Shown: positions 57,632 through 64,000 of the stretch, piece by piece
Layout: the number at the start of each line of letters is the position of its first letter
Numbering within the stretch: the first letter of the stretch is position 1
NCBI GenBank assembly: GCA_000004695.1
Contig: CM000154.2
Coordinates: forward strand, 4,896,001-4,960,000
Length of the DNA: 64,000 nucleotides
Reading direction: 5' to 3'
Origin: Dictyostelium discoideum
Taxonomy: Eukaryota
Translations under genes and position numbers: made by a program
The notes under the pieces: generated by a model
Database searches by the model: none
What the model was told of the DNA's origin: nothing
What the model saw: the letters and a program-made list of their open reading frames with translations, nothing else

Positions 57632-58388
57632 TTTTTATTTTTTTTATTTATTTTTTGTGTAGGTGTGTGATTTTGGTGAATGAATTTAATTAAATGACTG
57701 AATCAAAATGTGGATGATGTCAATTTTTTTTTTTTTTTTTTTTTGATTTTTTTTTTTTGATTTTGATTTTTTTTAGATTTTTTAAGATTTTTTAAGATTT
57801 TTTTTTATTATTATTGTGAAAGTCTTGAAATGGGAAGAAAAAAAAGTGATGGTGCGTGGTCTGGTAATCTTTTGAGTTAATTATTATTATAATTTAATAT
57901 ATATAAAAAAAAAAAAATTATTTTATTTTTTTTTAAAAAAAGTGATTTTTTTTTTTTAGGAAAAAAAAAAAAAAAAAAAGTGAAGGTAGTAGTGGTGATA
58001 AAATTTAATGCTATTATATAAATATATTTTAAATATTGTGTTTAATCACACTCTTTTGGGATAAAAGTAGAAATATCACAATCAATAATAAATCTAATTT
58101 GTGGAATTGTATAGATAAGAGGGATGATTGTATATGTCGCCAGTTTTATAATATATATAAAAACTAGTTTTATTTAGTTTAAAATGATATAATATTTGGG
58201 TTTATAATATTTGTTTTAATAATATTATAATAATAATATAATTATCTATTTATTTATTATAATTTATTGATTTTATTTATTTGTATAAAAAATAATTTTT
58301 TTTTTTTTTTTAATGATAATGACAAGAATTAATAAAAATGACGTTTTTATATGAAAAAAAAAACCAAAAAAAAAAAAAAAAAAATGTC

Positions 58389-58422
<34 letters not shown>

Positions 58423-58951
58423 AAAAAAAAATATATTTTTCACCAGGTTTCACCAAGATATTTAAATAATAAAAAAAAAAAGATAACAATTAGCGGGTAA
58501 TATATTTAAAAAAAAAAAGAAAAAAGAAAAAAAAAAGAAAAAGAAATTTAAAAATAAAAAAAATAAATAAAAAAAAAAAAAGTAGATTTAATAAAATAAA
58601 AAAAAATAAAAAAAAAAATAAAAAAATGTGTGATGATTTGAAATAAATTTTTATTTTTATTTATTTATTTTTATTTTATTTTTATTTAATTGAAATTTTA
58701 TTATAAAACCATTATAATAACATTTATTTGAATTTGTAGTATTTTTGTTTTTATATTATATTAAAATTTCATTTTAATTTTTTTTTTTTATTATTACTAT
58801 TTTAATTCGACATCATAGATTTAACTGATAAAATCAAGATATTTTTTATATTATTATTATATTATTTTTCTTATTATATTATTTTATTTTATTTTATTTT
58901 ATTTTATTTTATTTTATTTTATTTTTTAATTTTTTTTTTTTTTTATTATTA

Positions 58952-59620
58952 TTATAATTTCTTATAATTTCCAAAATTAATTTCATTTTCTAATTCTTTT
59001 AAATCTTCAGTATAATTTATCCAAACATAGCCTAATAAATCAGAAGGTAAATCATAATTTTGAGATTTACCATTATATGGAACCGATAAATAAATTACAT
59101 TTGATCTACCGAATTTTCCAATTAAATAACCAAATTCGAAAACTACATTTAATCTTGGATATGCAATTTCAACATAATCAGAATTTGAATCTTTTTTAGT
59201 AAAAGCTTTATTATCGGGTGACATTATTACAATACCAAATTTACAATTTGAAATTTCTTTCTCTAATTTTTCAATTATTGTTTGACCATTATTTGGTTTT
59301 TCAAATAATAAAATTGGTTCAAATCCCATTTCAAATAAAAATTTTGAAACTTTTTCTCTTACAATATTATTATGACCATGAACAATGAAAACTTTTATTC
59401 TTTCATTATTCCCATTACTAATACTATTATTATTATAATTATTATTATTATTATTATTAATAACACTACTATTTGTGTTTACTGTTGATACACTATTATT
59501 ATTATTATTATTATTATTTGGTATTATGTCAATTGATTTTATAATATTACTACTATTATTTAATGATATAAAAAAAATTAAAAAATAAAATAAAACTAAT
59601 AGTCTAAAAATATACTTCAT
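58952..59620 (-). CDS. Protein of 222 aa with a signal peptide or N-terminal anchor, then a bacterial-type TIR-like nucleotide-binding domain (COG4271 / PF10137 'TIR-like', Cap12-like).
   Basis: N-terminus MKYIFRLLVLFYFLIFFISL is hydrophobic, followed by a poly-N linker. The domain RIKVFIVHGHNNIVREKVSKFLFEMGFEPILLFEKPNNGQTIIEKLEKEISNCKFGIVIMSPDNKAF...YPRLNVVFEFGYLIGKFGRSNVIYL...LPSDLLGYVWINY matches the prokaryotic consensus (KVFIVHGHD...LGLEPIIL.EQPN.G.TIIEK.E......FAIVLLTPDD......RARQNVVFELGYF.GKLGR..V..L) nearly motif-for-motif. Confidence 0.7.
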   Translation of the reverse strand: MKYIFRLLVLFYFLIFFISLNNSSNIIKSIDIIPNNNNNNNNSVSTVNTNSSVINNNNNNNYNNNSISNGNNERIKVFIVHGHNNIVREKVSKFLFEMGFEPILLFEKPNNGQTIIEKLEKEISNCKFGIVIMSPDNKAFTKKDSNSDYVEIAYPRLNVVFEFGYLIGKFGRSNVIYLSVPYNGKSQNYDLPSDLLGYVWINYTEDLKELENEINFGNYKKL

Positions 59621-59989
59621 TATTTAATATTAAAAAATTATGAAAAATAAGAATAATAAGAACAATAAGAAAAAAAAAAAAAAAAAAAAAAATTTTTTAA
59701 TTTTAATCAAAGGGTTAAATGGTGGAAATAAATAAAAAAAAAAAAAAAAAAAAATTAAATTTAAAAATTAAAACTTAAAAATAAAATGATGACTGTTTTA
59801 AAACAGTATTTTTGTAAATTTTTAAGAATGATTCGGGAAAAAAAAAAAAAAAAAAGATATTTTTATTTTATTTTTATTTTATTTTTATTTTATATTACAT
59901 TGGAAATTGATTAAAAAACTATTACTCTATATTTAATATATTATTATTATTATTACATGTTATTATAATTATTATTTATTTTTATTTTT

Positions 59990-61842
59990 TTAACTTTTCT
60001 TTTCTGAAGAAGCAAATATTGTACTTTTTCTAGGAGGTGGTGGATTTGATTGACTTGGAGATGATTTATTTGTAATTTTACTATTATTTTTAGTTGATGT
60101 TGTTGTTGTACTTTGTGATTTTTTATGATTTTGTGAAGAAGCAGAAGTTGTTGAAGTTGATAAAGAAGTTGAAGATGAAGAAGTTAAATTTGAAAAGAAT
60201 CCTTTACTACCACTGCTGCTGCTTTCAATAGCAGGTCTTAATGATAATACACTTGGTAAATCATCTGCTACTATGTTGTTATTATTGTTATTATTATTTT
60301 CATTATTATCTAAATCTTTCCAATCAGAAGTTGCTTTTGTCATTAATAAAGTTTTAATAAATTTCTCTTTATCAATATTTTTTAATTGAACGAAATAAAT
60401 TGATTTCTCCATAAATAGTAATATTGAATTTGTTAGATTGAAAATATCTAAAACGTCAATAACTCTAATTTTACTTGATAATGAAACATCAATGATATTC
60501 CAAATTCTATTATTTGATTTCAAACCACTTAGTATTGATTTTTGAGCCTTTTGTAATAACACTAAACAATCATTAAACGAATAGAATATTGTCTCTTTTG
60601 AAACTTTAAATTCATCTGGAAATACCCATTGTTCAGTCAATTCATCACTTGATGATTTACCACCTGATCTATATTTCTTTAATCTCTTTAATAATGAATC
60701 CTCTTCTTTTAATGGATAAATTGAATGTATAAAAAATTCACCATCTAAAATATATTTTCTACCATTTTCATGAATATTCTAATAATAAAGTGTGTGTGTG
60801 AGTGTGTGTGAGCAGCTATGTATATACATAAATATATATACATATAAGTTAATTTAATAATACTTACAACTTTATCAATTATTGTTTCTTGAAGTTGTTG
60901 AGTTTTAATTTGATTATCATCATCTCTTTTTGCTTCATTAATGAAAGAAGTAACTTCTTTAATACCTTTTAAACATTTATTTAATAATTTTACATTTGCA
61001 TGATTTGGAGGTGTCTGTTTAATTAATTCACTCAATAATAAAACATAACGTGGTAAACGTTGAACTGGCATAATCAATATTGAATTCAAATCAAGTCCAT
61101 TACATCTACTATCATTTCTACATTTTTCTAAAAAATTTGAAAAATCTTTTTTCTTTCTTAATCTCGCTAATAATGTCACTGATGCATCATATCCAATAAT
61201 ATAATTACTATACATTTTAAAATTTTCTTGCTATTTTTAAAAAATAAAAAAAAAAAAAAAAAAAAGGGGACAGGGGTAGAGCGAAGGAGTTAATAATAAT
61301 AATAATAATATTTATTTATTTATTTGATATATATATATATATAATAAACTTACATTTTTATTAAAAATATTTGTAATTGCAACAGTTGATTCCAATGAGG
61401 TGATTTCTTTTAATTTTTGAGGTTTTGAATTTGGTGATGAGAAAGTGGTTGTAGTGGTGGTAACTGTTGATAATCTATTTTGATTGGTTGTAGTTACTGT
61501 TGTTTTAGTTAGAGAATTGGGAGGTAAGATATCATTTGACCAACTGAAAGAGTTATAACAAATGGCTAACTCTGTAAAGAATTCAACATGAAATTTTAAT
61601 AAATCTTCAGTTAAGAAAATTGATTTAATATGTTCTTCTTTTATTAATGACTTATGTTGATTTCTTAATGGGTCAATATAAACCTCTTGAATCGCTGATA
61701 AATAAGTTACATAAGATTTCTCAGTTTGTATAATTTCTTCTAATATTAATTCTCTCTTTTTTTTAGTTGATTCATCTTCATCATTTTTACTATTACTACC
61801 ACCACCACTATTTGATGATGTTGTAGAATTATTATTACCCAT
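59990..61842 (-). CDS. RhoGEF with a DH domain followed by a PH-like domain, about 546 aa. 3 exons: complement(61354..61842, 60868..61230, 59990..60778).
   Basis: Exon 1 starts MGNNNSTTSS... and continues ELILEEIIQTEKSYVTYLSAIQEVY (the start of the DH domain), with aat|gtaagt donor. Exon 2 continues the DH domain (...LDLNSILIMPVQRLPRYVLLLSELIK...), with donor gtt|gtaagt. Exon 3 opens NIHENGRKYILDGEFFIHS... (PH-like) and ends in a Ser/Thr-rich tail. Every junction is phase 0. Confidence 0.65.
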
Positions 61843-62169
61843 TTTTTGTATTTGAATAAAAAAAAAAAAAGTGGGAAAATAAAAAAATAAAAAAATAAAA
61901 AAATAAAAAAAAAGAATAAAAAAAAAAATCTGAAAAAAAAAAAAAAAAAAATTTAAAAAAATAAAACAAAATAAAAAATCAGATTTTTTTTTCAAATAAA
62001 AGAAACTTTTTTTTATTTGCACCATCAAACCTAAAAAGGTTAAAGGGTTAGAAGGTTTACACCAATATTTTTTTTTTTTTTTATTTTTTTTTATTTTTTT
62101 TTTTTTTTTTATTTTTTTTTTTTTTAATTTTTTTTTTTTTTATTTTTTTTTTTTTTAATCAATTTTGTT

Positions 62170-62376
62170 GTGTTGTTAGGGTCCTTGGAAAAAAAAAAAA
62201 TGAGTCGAAACCGCCACCACCACCCAGATTCTACTGAAAAACTTTTTCAATATGATAACTTAATGGAATTTGAATTTGGGAATGATTGTACAGCAGAATG
62301 TGTCAAGGAAGTAGTGGAAAGACTTGAAATGTATAAAACTGCATCAATACTTTATCAATCACTCAAAGTAAACTAA
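62170..62376 (+). CDS. Small ORF (67 aa plus stop) of unknown function. The same frame stays open for 58 more codons after the TAA.
   Basis: MSRNRHHHPDSTEKLFQYDNLMEFEFGNDCTAECVKEVVERLEMYKTASILYQSLKVN*, then DGTLPLFQLRDVLNYKSGNDHLVQNKNIQDLFTVNILDLNFPGTRKRTDIRPTKKEEN*. The composition is not low-complexity. Confidence 0.25.
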   Translation: MLLGSLEKKKMSRNRHHHPDSTEKLFQYDNLMEFEFGNDCTAECVKEVVERLEMYKTASILYQSLKVN

Positions 62377-64000
62377 GATGGTACCTTACCTCTTTTTCAA
62401 CTTAGAGATGTGTTAAACTACAAAAGTGGTAATGATCATTTAGTTCAAAACAAAAATATTCAAGATCTCTTTACAGTCAATATTTTGGATCTTAATTTTC
62501 CTGGTACAAGAAAAAGAACAGATATCAGGCCAACAAAAAAAGAAGAAAATTAATAATAATAAAAAAAATATATATATTTTTTAAAAGATTATTACACAAA
62601 CCTACTACTGGTCGACCATGGCCTCAAATCACTTCAGGTTACATAAATAAACATATAAATAAATAAATAATTTAATTCATTGTTGAAATATAAATTTCTT
62701 TATTATTATCATTTATTAAGTTGAAATTTGAAAAGCATAATTTTAATATTGATTTGGAATAAACTCAAATTCATTTTTAATTTGTTTTTAAGTGATCAAA
62801 AGCAAACAAAAAATTGCTTAAACTGAAGTGATTAAAAAAAAAAAAAAAAAATTTTAAAAGTAATAATGTATTGATATTATAATTTTATTATGTTATGATT
62901 GTGGTGATGTTGTCTTGGTTGGGCTCTCACAGCCAATACTCATTTTATTCGATTACAAACAAATTAAAAATATAATAGTCATATCTGATTTTTTTTTCAA
63001 AATAAAAGAAGTTTTTTTTTTTATTTGCACAGTCAAACCTAAAAAGGTTAAAGGGGTTAGAAGGTTTATGGTATTTTTTTTTATTTTTTTAATTTTTTTA
63101 ATTTTTTTTATTAATTTTTTTTTTTTTTTAATCAATTTTATTGTGTTATTAAGAAAAAGGGTCCTAAGAAAAAAAAAAAAAAAATTAAAAAATAAAAAAA
63201 ATAAAAATAAAAAAAAAAAAAAAAAAAGAAAAAAACAAAAAACAAAAAATAAAAAACAGAAAAAAAAGAAAAAAAAAAAAATAAAAAAAAAAAAAATTTA
63301 AGAATGATACTATTATTAATATTATTGATTTAGTTACTTGATTTTTTTTTTTTTTTTTATTTTATTTTTTTTTTTTTCTCCGGTTTTAAAAATAGTTCCT
63401 TTTTTTTTATTTTTGTAAAAAACAACTGGAAAAAATTTGATCGAAGAGTTATTAACAATCACAAAAATTTGAAAAAAAATTTAAAATTAAAAAAAAATTA
63501 AAAAAAAAAAAAAAAAGAAAAAAACCCCATTTTTAAAAATTTTTTTTTTTTTTCAACAAAATTTTTTTTTTAAAAAAAAAAAGTTATTATAATTAAAAAA
63601 GAAAAAAAAAGAAAATATTAAAAAAAATATATATATATATATTTTATATTTATTTATATTTATTTTTTTATTTATTTTTTTTTTCCAAAAATATATTTCT
63701 ATATTTAATCTGTTTTTTTTTTTTTTCTTGGGAAAATAAAAAAAAATAGAAAAAAAAAAATAGAAAAAAAAAAAAAAAAAAAAAAAAAATCAAATCAAAT
63801 CAAATCACACACAACACACATACACACATATATTTAAATAAATTGTAATAGTAAATATTAGTAAAATAAATAAATAATAATAATAATAATAATAATTGTA
63901 AAAAATTGAAATTTAATTATAATTTTTTTTTTTTTTTTATTTATTTTTTTTAAAAAGATAAATTAAAAAAAGAAAAAAAAAAAAAAAAAAATGTCACAAA

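Noticed and set aside
62374-62386. Possible tiny intron (gtaaactaag) that would remove the in-frame TAA.
   Set aside because: At 10 nt it is far below the minimum functional intron length, so it is reported as an unexplained in-frame stop instead.

Overview
The window reads as Dictyostelium discoideum-type nuclear DNA: very AT-rich intergenic sequence and introns, homopolymer A/T runs, GTAAGT/GTATGT donors with short introns, and poly-N/Q/S and RE/KE low-complexity coding. All gene calls come from reading the six-frame track plus manual splice-site and frame bookkeeping. My coordinates for spliced exons may be off by +/-1-2 nt, because one line-index inconsistency was noticed near 10.3 kb.

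Genes present, in order:
- Kinesin-3 Unc104/KIF1 orthologue (3 exons, 2205 aa).
- A RhoGAP protein.
- A 4-exon TRAF-type zinc-finger/MATH protein.
- THO-complex subunit 2 (THOC2) with a large RE/KE plus poly-N/Q tail.
- An 814-aa orphan with a possible nucleotidyltransferase-like motif.
- Two tandemly duplicated 5-exon genes (about 1420 aa each) encoding signal-peptide / IPT-like / EGF-like / single-TM surface proteins; the duplication includes the promoter.
- Fused ATP sulfurylase-APS kinase.
- Cu chaperone for SOD (CCS).
- A 4-exon DNase II-like gene with a long C-terminal extension and a 35-bp perfect inverted repeat between coding sequence and 3'UTR.
- A 10-exon, 2452-aa gene encoding a multi-MRH (mannose-6-phosphate-receptor homology) plus IPT/TIG membrane protein.
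- tRNA-Lys(CUU) flanked by non-LTR (TRE-like) retroelement fragments, direct repeats and an N100 assembly gap.
- A FAD monooxygenase with an 8-nt first exon.
- An arylamine-N-acetyltransferase-like protein.
- A 3-exon PQ-loop transporter.
- A secreted or anchored bacterial-type TIR-like (COG4271/PF10137-like) protein.
- A 3-exon DH-PH RhoGEF.

Most notable for follow-up: the prokaryote-defence-type TIR-like protein, the tandem polymorphic surface-protein pair, and the MRH+IPT giant receptor.
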